Shown here: positions 10,290 to 20,000 of the stretch, piece by piece
Position numbering within the stretch: the stretch's first letter is position 1
Layout of the letters: the number at the start of each line of letters is the position of its first letter
Notes under the pieces: generated by a model
Databases searched by the model: none
The model's input: only the letters and a program-made list of their open reading frames with translations
Told to the model about the DNA's origin: nothing
Program-made: the position numbers and the translations under genes
Assembly (NCBI RefSeq): GCF_004010195.1
Contig: NC_057718.1
Coordinates: forward strand, 78,802,927-78,822,926
Direction of reading: 5' to 3'
DNA: 20,000 bases
Source of the DNA: Chiloscyllium plagiosum
Taxonomy: Eukaryota

Positions 10290-10925
10290 GCTTTAGGTAT
10301 GCTTGCCTTTATTGGTTAGTGCATTGAGTTGGGAGGTCATGTTTGGCTGTACAGGACATTGGTTAAGTCACTTTTGGAATACTGCATACAGTTCTGGTCT
10401 CCCAGGTTTAGGAAGGATGTAGTGAAACTTGAAAAGGTTCAGAAAAGTTTTACAAGGATGTTGGCAGGGTTAGGGCATTTGAGCTATTTGGAGACGCTGA
10501 ATCAGCTGGGGCTATTTTCCCTGGAACATTGGAGGCTGAGGAGTGACTTTATAGAGGTTTATAAAATCATGAGGGGCATGGATAGGCTGAATAGCTAAAG
10601 TCTATTCCCTGGAGTGGGAGAGTCCAAAACTAGAGGGCATAGGTTTAAGGTGAGAGGGGTAAGATGTAAAAGGGACCTAAGGGGCAACTTTTTCACACAG
10701 AAGATGGTGCGTGTATGAAATGAGCTGCCAGAGGAAGTGGTTGAGGTTGGTAAAATTACAACATTTAAAAGTAATCTGGATGGGTATATGAATAGGAAGG
10801 GTTTATAAAGATATGGGCCAAATGCTGGAAAATGGAACTACATTAATTTAAGAGATCTGGTCAGCATGGACATGTTGGACCAAATGTCTCTGTGATGTAA
10901 AGCTCTACGACTCTCTGACTCTTTG
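10290..10925 (+). mobile_element. CR1-clade LINE 3' fragment
   Basis: ORF 10329-10598 LYRTLVKSLLEYCIQFWSP...RLRSDFIEVYKIMRG; tail CTACGACTCTCTGACTC. Confidence 0.9.
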
Positions 10926-11062
10926 TTCCAGGATGGAGTCATGGGGTTAAACAAAGCTTAATGTTCAGTCAGCAGTCAAAAACAGGAAGGTGTGAGTCAG
11001 AGTCAGGCAATTAAAGGTTCCTACATGTGATTATATTGTGTCCAGGCTGATACAAAGTGCAG

Positions 11063-11251
11063 GGAGAAAGTGAGGACTGCAGATACTGGAGATCAGAGTC
11101 AAAAGGTGTGGTGCTGAAAAAGTACAGCAGTCAGATCGCATCCAAGGAGCAGGAGAGTCAATGATTCGAGCATAAGGTCCACATCAGGAATTCTCCTGCT
11201 TCTCGGATGCTGCCTGACTGGCTTGTTTTTCCAGCACCACATTTTTTGACT
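11063..11251. mobile_element. Short fold-back PLE terminal-repeat insertion with 16-bp TSD
   Basis: TSD CTGATACAAAGTGCAG at 11047-11062 and 11252-11267. Imperfect inverted arms at about 11096-11156 and 11192-11252. Degenerate minus-strand hammerhead at about 11160-11187. Confidence 0.8.
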
Positions 11252-11616
11252 CTGATACAAAGTGCAGTAGTGACAAAGTTTTGCACTGTGAGATGTGCTA
11301 TTTATTTTAGAAGTAATGATAAATTTCACTGCTCTGTTAATTTTCAATCACCACCAGCAAGACAGACTAACTGAACATACACCTCACTACGGCCTTTTAC
11401 CATCTTGCTGCATGCAAAATATCTGATAACTAAGAGTGCAGTTCGGGGCCATTGCAATGCTTTGGGAAATTGTAGGACAAGAAAGGCAAGATAGAATGGC
11501 TCTTTCCTTCATTCTTTACCTTAATTTCTAACTTTCTCATATGTAATTTTCCCTAACTGTGTAACAAATAATAGGGTGCCGGAGCAAAAACAGTGTGTAA
11601 CACAACTTGGACAAAC

Positions 11617-12225
11617 TGTGACGATGCTGTTCCTTTAACAAGCTTGTGTTTGTCTTTGGTTTTTATTCAGAAGTGTTGTACGAGGCAGAGTTGATCTGGC
11701 TTGATCTACTTGAAGAAGCTTTTAAGTTTAAAAAGACATTTGTACAATGGAAGTTCTCTCAGCTCAGCTTTTCTCTGGTTTGGTTTGGTTGGGTTTTAGC
11801 AGTCTGGCCGTTCAGAGCAAGCAGTCAGTCAGTCAGTTTTGAGGCAGTTGGTCAAAGAAAGAGCTACATAGGAGAAGGTGTTCTCTGCTGAATCTTTCTG
11901 CCATCTCTTGCTCTCATGTTTGGTTTTTCCTTTTCTACCAAGGGATGTTTATGGGATTGTTGCAAGTATTTGGAACAACATCACTCAGTTGCGATAGATT
12001 TGATGGAGTTTTTAACTAGTTAAGCTATTCTATATTCTGTTCGCTTTTGTATGTGTTTCATTTGGTAATCTTGCAAATAAAATCTGTTTTGTTTAAAGCT
12101 AAGTGGTTGGGCCAGCTGCATCACTCCTGGAATATCCACCATACACCTGCTTAAAACAACTAGAAACATTAGGGTCTGGGCTACTTTCTTAAATGTTTTG
12201 AGGGGGTCTAGCCTGGACCATAACT
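11617..12225 (+). mobile_element. Probable solo LTR (degenerate)
   Basis: Begins TGTGACG and ends CCATAAC(T), an imperfect TG..CA inverted terminus. AATAAA near 12076 followed by GT-rich sequence. No TSD seen. Confidence 0.45.
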
Positions 12226-12684
12226 GGGAAATTCCATGGAAAATTCCTTTTATGTATTAATTTCCCACATTTTATCCTCAGTAGTGAAAAGATAATACCC
12301 ATTGTTGACTTCAAAGTTTTACTAATCATTTCATTTCTCCTAATGTTAATCTGAACCAACTTTATGTTAAGGAAATCTTGAGGCACTGAGCTACAGTGAT
12401 AGCATCAAATAGGATAAGCAGAAATTTTCACAACAGAATTCAGAAATTTTCATTGGCTTGATTTGATTGCTCATGCATCACACCAAAAAAAGTGTATCAG
12501 ACATTTAATTATCATTTCTTTTGGGACATTAAATCAGTAGTAACAAAAAATAATTTAATGGAATTGAACAACAGGTGGTTTCTGAAGAAACAGTAGAGGA
12601 ATCATTGGTTTTGACATTTATTAGAGCATGGTTTCAGAATGGAGGTGAGGAGGGCAGCGTACCCATTTTGAACTATTGTGAACT

Positions 12685-12795
12685 AAAGTACTACCATAGA
12701 ATCTTTAATGTTCACCTGAGGGGGCCCAAAGTTCAATATCTCATTTGACAACAACATCTTCAACAATCTAGCACTTTGTTCAGTATTTCAGTAAA
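12685..12795 (-). mobile_element. Ancient DeuSINE-like (AmnSINE/SacSINE-type) remnant
   Basis: GAATCTTTAATGTTCACCTGAG...AATATCTCATTTGA...AGCACTTTGTTCAGTA resembles the reverse complement of the Deu-domain consensus as I recall it; highly diverged. Confidence 0.4.
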
Positions 12796-12943
12796 TATGG
12801 AACAGTACAAGTCAATAGAAGGAAACTTGCACCTATTAAACTGGTTCAGATCAAATTACCATGTCCTAAAAGTAAAATAACAGTATGCTAATTCACCTTG
12901 AAGCCAAATCCTCAAGAACCCACGAAGAAAATGAAAAACTTAC

Positions 12944-13062
12944 TACAACGTGGAACATTGCAGAATGCCCATCGCTTTTGGGTATCAGTTGTAAAACACC
13001 ATGGCCTGGGTTCTCCATCAGGATTACGACAGTAGTTCTCCTCGAAATATTTATCTGGAAAA
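12944..13062 (-). CDS. PLG: Plasminogen internal exon, C-terminal half of kringle 2 (equivalent to human exon 7)
   Basis: Minus strand ttcag|T TTT CCA...CGT TGT A|gtaagt; 119 nt, phase 2 in and phase 1 out. Translation [39 protein letters not shown] carries the kringle NYCRNPD..PWC..RW..C..C signature and resembles plasminogen K2. Confidence 0.93.
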
Positions 13063-13974
13063 CTGAAGGTCCTTACTTTTATTTCCAGTGAGAAAACCTT
13101 GCTAGTGAATAGCAATGTGTCTATGAGGCTTGCACTATGCGTTCAGGAAAATGCTGTTTACAGAAATGTATTAATTTTAAATATTGCTCACAATAACTAC
13201 AGCTTGGACTTTATACAGGCCTTTTACACAAAATATCCCAAAGTGTCCGTCAGACGATTATCAGAAAATAATTGATGCCGAGTCACAAGGATAGGCAGTA
13301 TTAGGACATGTGAGCAAATGCCTGGTCAAACTGTTAGCTTACAGAGTGTCTTAAGGGAGGTCAGACAGGAAAAAGCTAAAAATCTGAATAACTAAAGGTG
13401 TGATTGTTCAGGAAATATTAGTCTCGTTTGTGCAGGAGCCAGAAATGGTTGAGAGTTGTAAGGCTGGAAGAGATAATGTAGAAACAGAAATGGAGATATT
13501 TAAATACATGAATAAGAATTTTAAAGTAGTAGGCATGCAACCATATTGACAATGGTAGTGTAACATAATGTCCTGCATCATTTTATATACACATGACAGG
13601 CTAGTTAGCAATTGCAGCTATATTTTGAACAAAGTTCTCACACAATAATATTTCTAACCATTAAGAATTAATTAAACAAGTATTCCTGATTTCTAAGAAT
13701 GCAAATTGTGATGAGCTTTAACTCAGAAACAGTGCAGAGAGAAAAAAATAACAATTTCTTTAAAATCTCCAGGGAATCTCAAATTGTTTGTCATAACATT
13801 TTTAAAAAGACCTCTAGGAATTTGGATCAATTCTAAAGGGTTGCATTATATTTTTCTTATTATAATAAAAAAGTCTGCTCCAGCCATGACCAAGAAGCAA
13901 TATCCACAGAAGGAAGATAAGAGCAGATTTCCTGTGGCTGGCAAGCACAAGGTAGAGGTGTAAGCAGGAGGGGA

Positions 13975-14172
13975 TCATCACACAGGAATGAGCTGCGAGA
14001 GCAAGTGGTAGATGTGGATACAAATGTTACAGTTAAATAGGTACATTTGGATAGGTACATGGATAAGAAAGGTTTGGAGGGATCTGGGCCAAACACAGGT
14101 ATACAGGATTAGTTCAGTATAGGAAACCTGGTCAGCATGGATGTGTTGGGCTGAACGGCCAGTTTCCATACT
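13975..14172 (+). mobile_element. CR1 3' tail fragment
   Basis: GGAATGAGCTGC...CATTTGGATAGGTACATGGAT...GGTCAGCATGGA; homologous to other CR1 tails in the window. Confidence 0.8.
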
Positions 14173-14174
14173 TT

Positions 14175-15715
14175 AAGACTCACAAACTTGATTGAGTTTT
14201 TTGAAGAAGTAGCAAAGAGGATTAATGAGGGCAGAGCAATGGACATGATCTACATGGAGGAGAAAGTGAGGTCTGCAGATGCTGGAGATCAAAGTTGAAA
14301 CTTTATTGCTGGAACAGCACTGAACAGCCAGTTTCCATACTTTAAGACTCACAAACTTGATTGAGGTTTTTGAAGAAGTAGCAAAGAGGATTAATGAGGG
14401 CAGAGCAATGGACATGATCTACATGGACTTCAGTATAGCACTCAACAAGATTCCTCATGGTAGACTGGTTAGCAAAGTTGGATCACACAGAATACATGGA
14501 ATATATCCTTGGTGCTGGGGTCTGTTTGGAGGTGGCGGAAGTGATCTACATGGACTTCAGTATAGCACTCAACAAGATTCCTCATGGTAGACTGGTTAGC
14601 AAAGTTGGATCACACAGAATACATGGAGATCTAGCTATTTGGATACAGAAGTTAGGCTTTAGGGCGGTGGTGGAGGGTTGCTTTTTAGACTGGAGGCCTG
14701 TGACCAGCAGTATGCCACAAGGATCGGTGCTGGGTCCACTGCGTTTCATCATTTATATAAATGATTTGGATGTGAGCATAGGAGATATGGTTAGTAAGTT
14801 TGCAGATGACACCAAAATTGGAGGCCTATAAGACAGCAAAGAAGGTTACCTCAGAGTACAGTGGGATCTTGATCAGATGGACCAATGGGCCTAGAAGCGG
14901 CAGATGGCGTTTAATTTAGATAAATATGAGGTGCTGCATTTTGGAAAAGCAGCTTAGGGCAGGGCTTATACACTTAATGGTAAGGTCCTGGGGAGTGTTG
15001 CTGAACAAAAAGATCTTGGAGTGCAGGTTCACAGTTCTTTGAAAGTGGAGTCACAGGTAGATAGGATAGTGAAGAAGGCATTTGGTATGCTTGCCTTTAT
15101 TGGTCAGTGCATTGAGTTCAGGAATTGGGAAGTAATGTTGCAACCGTACTGGTTAGGCCACTTCTGGAATATTGTGTTCAATTCTGGTCTCCCTGATATA
15201 GGAAGGATGTTGTGAAAATTGAAAGGGTTCAGATAAAACTTACAAGTAGGTTGTCAGGGTTGGATGGTTTGACCTACAGGGAGAGGCAGAATAGGTTGGG
15301 GCTGTTTTCCCCAGAGACTGAGGGGTGACCTTATAGAGATTTATAAAATCATGACGGGCATGGATAGGATAAATAGACAAGGTCTTTTTCCTGGGGTTGG
15401 GGAGTCCAGAACTAGATAGCATAGGTTTAGGGTGAGAGGAGAAAGATTTAAAAGGCTCCTAAGGGGCAACTTTTTCACACAGATGGTTGTGCGTACATGG
15501 AATGAGCTGCCAGAGGAAGTGGTGGAGGTGGTACAGTTACAACATTTAAAAGGCATCTGGATGGGTATATGAATAGAAAGGGTTTAATGGGATATGGGCC
15601 AAATACTGGCAAATAGGTTTAGATTTATTTAGGATATCTGGTCGGCATGAACGAGTTGGACCAAAGGGTCTGTTTCTGTGCTGTATATCTCTGTGACTCT
15701 CAGACTCTATGACTA
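14175..15715 (+). mobile_element. CR1-clade LINE 3' portion (RT to tail) with internal duplications
   Basis: IYMDFSIALNKIPHGRL...PQGSVLGPLRFIIYINDLD...SKFADDTKIGG; tail TGACTCTCAGACTCTATGACT. Confidence 0.92.
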
Positions 15716-15944
15716 CACAGATGCAGATACAAAAAGGTGTTGTAGCAGGACAGAGTAAGCAACTGAATCCTAATAGGTGTGAATTCCTTAGACATGCCAA
15801 AGAACTGAGTGTTCGAATCAGAGGATCAGATTGCATATTGAGAATGGTTATTTGTTTTTTTGAAAATCAATTCTGAAAGCTATACTATCAGGTCCGATGT
15901 GACCTTAGTGAAAGTAGGTTCATAGATGTGAGCCTTGCTGGTGA

Positions 15945-16230
15945 TATCTGGAGGCATGGCAGTCAACCTGGAACTCCATTAACAAACATGTGGAGTTAGA
16001 CCCCATATACCAACCACGAAGAAACAAAACTGGAAATAATACTACCTACCTCAGCAAACCAGGACACATAAATAGCAAACGGGATAGAACACCAATGCTT
16101 CACCAGAGGTGCACTGACGATATTACCTAGTATGGTGACAAAATGACTGCAAACAAATTTATCAGCTCAGCAACCAAGTCAACAATCTCATCCACAACCT
16201 GAGCTACAAATCTTCTCAAGAACTTTGACT
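15945..16230 (+). mobile_element. Degenerate Penelope 3' fragment, same family as 17121-18410
   Basis: Aligns to the reverse complement of about 17121-17400 (GACCCCATATAC, GCACTGACGA...ACCTAG, GAGCTACAAATCTTCTCA..AACTTTGA). Degenerate hammerhead at 16111-16150. Confidence 0.75.
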
Positions 16231-17197
16231 ATTAAAAGATAAATTTACATTTCCATCTGAATTATCATTTACATGGTATTGCAAATGTAATTAAAGTAAA
16301 TCTGCAAAAGTGAAATATTGTTTGAAGGTCATTGAGTAAATTTAGTTGTTTTGGTTTACGGTTCCTGCATTGGGATTGCAACAAAATATTATCATTAATT
16401 CACTTCTTTATCTAATTTACAATCTTAAAATGGAAATATGATGAGGACTGTTTAAAAGTAGACTAAAGTAAATTAGATTAATGTAATTGTTGGGAATGGA
16501 GTTGGTTTGAGTTGAGTCAGTGAACAGTCAAGGATAGCACTCCCACCATCCCCTCAATAAGCTCACCCTCAAAATTTCCTGTGGTCCCATTTTGAGTTGT
16601 AATTGATACAAGCAATCTAGGATCAATCTGCATCTCTCATTCCTGCTGTTGTCCCATATCCGTCCCATTGCTGCAAAAGTCCTTCCATTACATTTCTTCC
16701 TGATCCCTCTGCTGCAGTAGTCCAGCTCCACCACAGATGCTGTCAAAATCGTCTCTCAAACATTCCTCATCTTCACTCTTTGCTTGCGTCCAGCACAACT
16801 CTGGCAAATCCCTTGCTAAGAAACATTTTTTTTTTACAAAACAGAATGTGGACTTCACTTAAAGTCAATATTTGTTGTCCATTCCTCATTATTCCCTTGA
16901 ACTGCTAGGCCACTTTGGAAGCCAGTTAAAAGTTATTTTGTGTATAAGATCATGCTTACAGATGAGGTAAAAAAAAGCAACCTTCTGTCTCTAAAGGGGA
17001 ATTTGTGAACTAGCTGCCTATTTTAAAATGGGTCACTGACAGTTTCATAGTCCCCTTGCTGAGCTTAGATTTATTAATTGAATTTAAATCTCATCAACTA
17101 GTATGGTAAGATTTGAACCTGTTCAAAGTTTGTGAGAAGATTTGTAGCTCGGGTGCTCGTTGCTGTGGTTCTGTTCGCCGAGCTGGAAGTTTTTGTT

Positions 17198-17237
17198 GCA
17201 AACGTTTCGTCCCCTGCCTAGGTGACATCCTCAGTGC
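17198..17237 (-). ncRNA. Minimal type I hammerhead ribozyme motif in the Penelope terminal repeat, intact core
   Basis: GCA-CUGAGGA-U-GUC-A-CCU-AGGC-AGG-G-GAC-GAAAC-GUU-UGC. Stem I GCA/UGC, stem II GUC/GAC plus CCU/AGG, palindromic AACGUU stem III. Confidence 0.82.
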
Positions 17238-17547
17238 TTGGGAACCTCCTGTGAAGCACTTCTGTCGTGTTTCCTCCGGCATTTATAGTGGTCTGTCCCT
17301 GCCGCTTCCGGTTGTCAGTTTCAGCTGTCCGCTGTAGTGGCCGGTATATTGGGTCCAGGTCGATGTGTTTGTTGATGGAGTTTGTGGATGAGTGCCATGC
17401 TTCTAGGAATTCCCTGGCTGTTCTTTGTTTGGCTTGCCCTATAATGGTAGTGTTGTCCCAGTCAAATTCATGTTGCTTCTCGTCTGTGTGTGTGGCTACT
17501 AAGGATAGCTGGTCGTGGCGTTTAGTGGCTAGTTGATGTTCATGGAT

Positions 17548-17897
17548 NNNNNNNNNNNNNNNNNNNNNNNNNNNNNNNNNNNNNNNNNNNNNNNNNNNNN
17601 NNNNNNNNNNNNNNNNNNNNNNNNNNNNNNNNNNNNNNNNNNNNNNNNNNNNNNNNNNNNNNNNNNNNNNNNNNNNNNNNNNNNNNNNNNNNNNNNNNNN
17701 NNNNNNNNNNNNNNNNNNNNNNNNNNNNNNNNNNNNNNNNNNNNNNNNNNNNNNNNNNNNNNNNNNNNNNNNNNNNNNNNNNNNNNNNNNNNNNNNNNNN
17801 NNNNNNNNNNNNNNNNNNNNNNNNNNNNNNNNNNNNNNNNNNNNNNNNNNNNNNNNNNNNNNNNNNNNNNNNNNNNNNNNNNNNNNNNNNNNNNNNN
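17548..17897. other. Assembly gap (350 N)
   Basis: Run of N inside the Penelope element. Confidence 1.
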
Positions 17898-18491
17898 TGT
17901 GGCGTTGATGATCTGGTGTGTTTTTTCTATTTCCGTGTTTTTAATGATTACAAACGTGTCATCGACATATCTGCCCCAGAGTTTGGGTTGAATTTGTGGT
18001 AAGAGTGTTTGTTCTAACCTTTGCATTACTGCTTCTGCTATGAGTCCCGAGATTGGTGATCCCATGGGTGTTCCGTTGATTTGTTCGTATATCTGGTTGT
18101 TGAATGTGAAGTGTGTTGTGAGGCACAAGTCCAGTAGTTTAAGTATGCCGTCTTTGTTGATGGGTTCAACGTCCTGTTGTCTGTTATGTCTGTTCAGCAG
18201 GTTGGCTATTGTTTCTCTGGCTAGGGCTTTGTCAATAGATGTGAACAGTGCCGTTACGTCGAATGAGACCATGGTTTCTTCCTTGTCTATGTGTATATTT
18301 CTGATGGTTCAAGAATTCTTGTGTTGATTGTATAGAGTGTCTGGATCCGCTGATCAGGTGTTTCAGTTTCTGCTGTAGTTCTTTAGCCAGTTTGTGTGAT
18401 GGTGTCCCTGTTTTTTGAATTGACTAAGGGCACAGTGAGCAGGCAGTACTTATTATTTTTGAAAAAGCAATTAAAAGACTTAGTTTTGGGT

Positions 18492-19345
18492 TGTTATGAC
18501 AGCTTCATATTTGAAATTGTTATGAGGACCTGAGTTTTGAAGGATTGTGGGAAATCTGTTTTATTTCAGGTTCTATGAATACCTGAAGTTTTTAAGATCA
18601 CCTTAGACATTAGAGCCTTTTTTAACAAGGCAGATCTTAGCAACAACATGGTTTCAGCTAATTTCTGGACTTGTTTGCTTGAAGTCCCTTCGTGGGTTTT
18701 ATGACTATGACAAAGTTAGATCATGTTCAAACAAAGCTTTTGATGCTGTGCGAATTGACATCTAGCCTGCTGAAGGACAGAAGCTTCCAAGCTCAACATC
18801 TCTTACTTCTGAGAGAAGCTCTAATTGTGCATCCAATGTGATACCTGGAACATTGATCAAGGAGCTTTCAGGAAAAAAAAACATTGCAGGGAGTTTGTTC
18901 CAATATTTTGTGAACAACTACATATTCATAGATCCCAGGGACAACTTTACACATCTTGTACCCTGTCCACATGTGCAGAATGCCAGACTGAGAGCTACCT
19001 GAACATTCTACTCCTTCACCTTTTGCCGTGAGAACTATCAATTATTGGCCAACTATTAAATGAATCTCAGCAGAGAAATTTTCTTATGTGGATTTAGTTA
19101 TTTATACTTCTTTTATTTCAAATTTTCAAATGATACTTCTTTGCCAAATAAGTCGTGGTTACACAGTCAATCAATAATCTTGTTGTTTCTGAAAGATACC
19201 CTGGTTGATGGATTGTTGTAAAATTCTAACCATAATATTGATAAAATGTATAATTAGCACTATCAATATCTGGGTAAACATTTGTTGTGAATAATGAAGA
19301 CGTGGGACTAGAGGAAGGCAATGGACTCCTGCCATCTTATTTCAA
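18492..19345 (+). mobile_element. Possible degenerate solo LTR
   Basis: TGTTATGA starts at 18492 and 18518, a polyA-signal-like region near 19173, and non-coding composition. Boundaries and TSD are not resolved. Confidence 0.3.
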
Positions 19346-19380
19346 AGCCTATTTATAAACTTGCAGGTCATAGAGTCATA

Positions 19381-19641
19381 TTAGATTACTTACAGATTAG
19401 ATTAGATTACTTACAGTGTGGAAACAGGCCCTTCAGCTCAACAAGTCCACACCGACCCTCCGAAGAGCAACCCACCCAGACCCCTACATTTACCCCTTCA
19501 CCAACACTACGGGCAATTTAGCATGGCCAATTCACCTAACCTGCACATCTTTGGATTGTGGGAGGAAACTGGAGCACCTGGAGGAAATCCACGCAGACAC
19601 GGGGAGAACGTGCAAACTCCACACAGACAGTTGCCTGAGGC
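19381..19641 (-). mobile_element. V-SINE, 5'-truncated, inserted in a CR1 tail (19367-19380 and 19650-19773)
   Basis: Reverse complement of the V-domain (GGAGAACGTGCAAACTCCACACAGAC, TGTGGGAGGAAACTGGAGCAC). (TAATC)n tail with duplicated ATTAGATTACTTACAG. Confidence 0.88.
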
Positions 19642-19773
19642 GATATTGTTATACAACACAGAAACAGATCCTTTGGTCCAACTTGTCCATGCTGACCAGA
19701 TATCCTAAATTGGTAGCCTCATTTGTCAGCATTTGGCCCATATCCTTCTAAATCCTTCCTAGTCATGTACCCA

Positions 19774-20000
19774 GGAGAAAGTGAGGACTGCAGAGGCTGG
19801 AGATCAGAGCTGAAAATGTGTTGCTGGAAAAGCGCAGCAGGTCAGGCAGCATCCAAGGAACAGGAGAATCGACGTTTCGGGCATAAGCCCTTCTTCAGGA
19901 ATGAGGAAAGTGTGTCCAGCAGGCTAAAATAAAAGGTAGGGAGGAGGGACTTGGGGGAGGGGCATTGGAAATGCGATAGGTGGAAGGAGGTCAAGGTGAG
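19774..20000 (-). mobile_element. PLE terminal repeat running off the window end
   Basis: GGAGAAAGTGAGGACTGCAGA...; homologous to 4897-5025, 8019-8185 and 11063-11190. Confidence 0.85.
19871..19898 (-). ncRNA. Minimal type I hammerhead ribozyme motif (PLE-type), intact core
   Basis: Minus strand CUGAAGA-A-GGGC-UUAU-GCCC-GAAAC-GUC. Confidence 0.8.

Larger units (their letters stand above)
17121..18410 (-). mobile_element. Penelope-like retroelement (RT plus GIY-YIG C-terminus plus terminal repeat), 5'-truncated, interrupted by an assembly gap
   Basis: RT motifs VSFDVTALFTSI, YEQINGTPMGSPISG and RYVDDTF. After the gap an open frame reads IHEHQLATKRHDQLSLVATH...EFDWDNTTII...REFLEAWHS, ending at TAG 17220-17218. 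Apparent frameshift near 18310. Confidence 0.92.

Noticed and set aside
612..13062. Assignment of the kringle exons to HGF or MST1
   Set aside because: K2 has some HGF-like residues (PDKxF), but K3 RTPENYPCK, RWEYC and the C-x4-C terminal spacing fit plasminogen. A plasminogen-like paralogue cannot be fully excluded without a search.
17529..18272. 247-aa ORF taken as an intact protein
   Set aside because: It spans the N gap, so its length and frame are artefactual. The element is 5'-truncated with an apparent frameshift near 18310.
13063..20000. Search for the exon encoding the first half of kringle 2
   Set aside because: No CxxCxGxxYxG or CQxW-type coding segment was found. The Cys/Trp-containing ORFs 16528-16746 and 18825-19031 lack kringle spacing. 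The exon is presumably beyond the window.
1..20000. Prokaryotic systems (CRISPR, operons, retrons)
   Set aside because: There are no regularly spaced repeat-spacer arrays or dense ORFs. The RT fragments are all eukaryotic CR1, Rex1 or Penelope types within spliceosomal introns.

Overview
Eukaryotic, repeat-rich vertebrate genomic DNA. The repeat families suggest a cartilaginous fish (shark-like); this is inference. The window lies inside a plasminogen (PLG) gene on the minus strand. Three coding exons are recoverable with canonical AG/GT sites and consistent phases: 12944-13062 (second half of kringle 2), 993-1155 (first half of kringle 3) and 612-733 (second half of kringle 3). The rest is intron filled with CR1 and Rex1/Babar-type LINE fragments, V-SINEs and other tRNA-derived SINEs, a TA-flanked MITE, probable solo LTRs, and many Penelope-like element (PLE) pieces, including an RT/GIY-YIG-coding copy split by a 350-N gap. 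The most notable non-genic signal is a set of at least 9 minimal hammerhead-ribozyme motifs (4 with intact cores, 5 degenerate) in PLE terminal repeats. They occur as a tandem retrozyme-like unit, as fold-back insertions with 15-16 bp TSDs, and overlapping the PLE stop codon; three intact copies are sense to the PLG pre-mRNA. Most ORFs in the supplied track are TE-derived or spurious.
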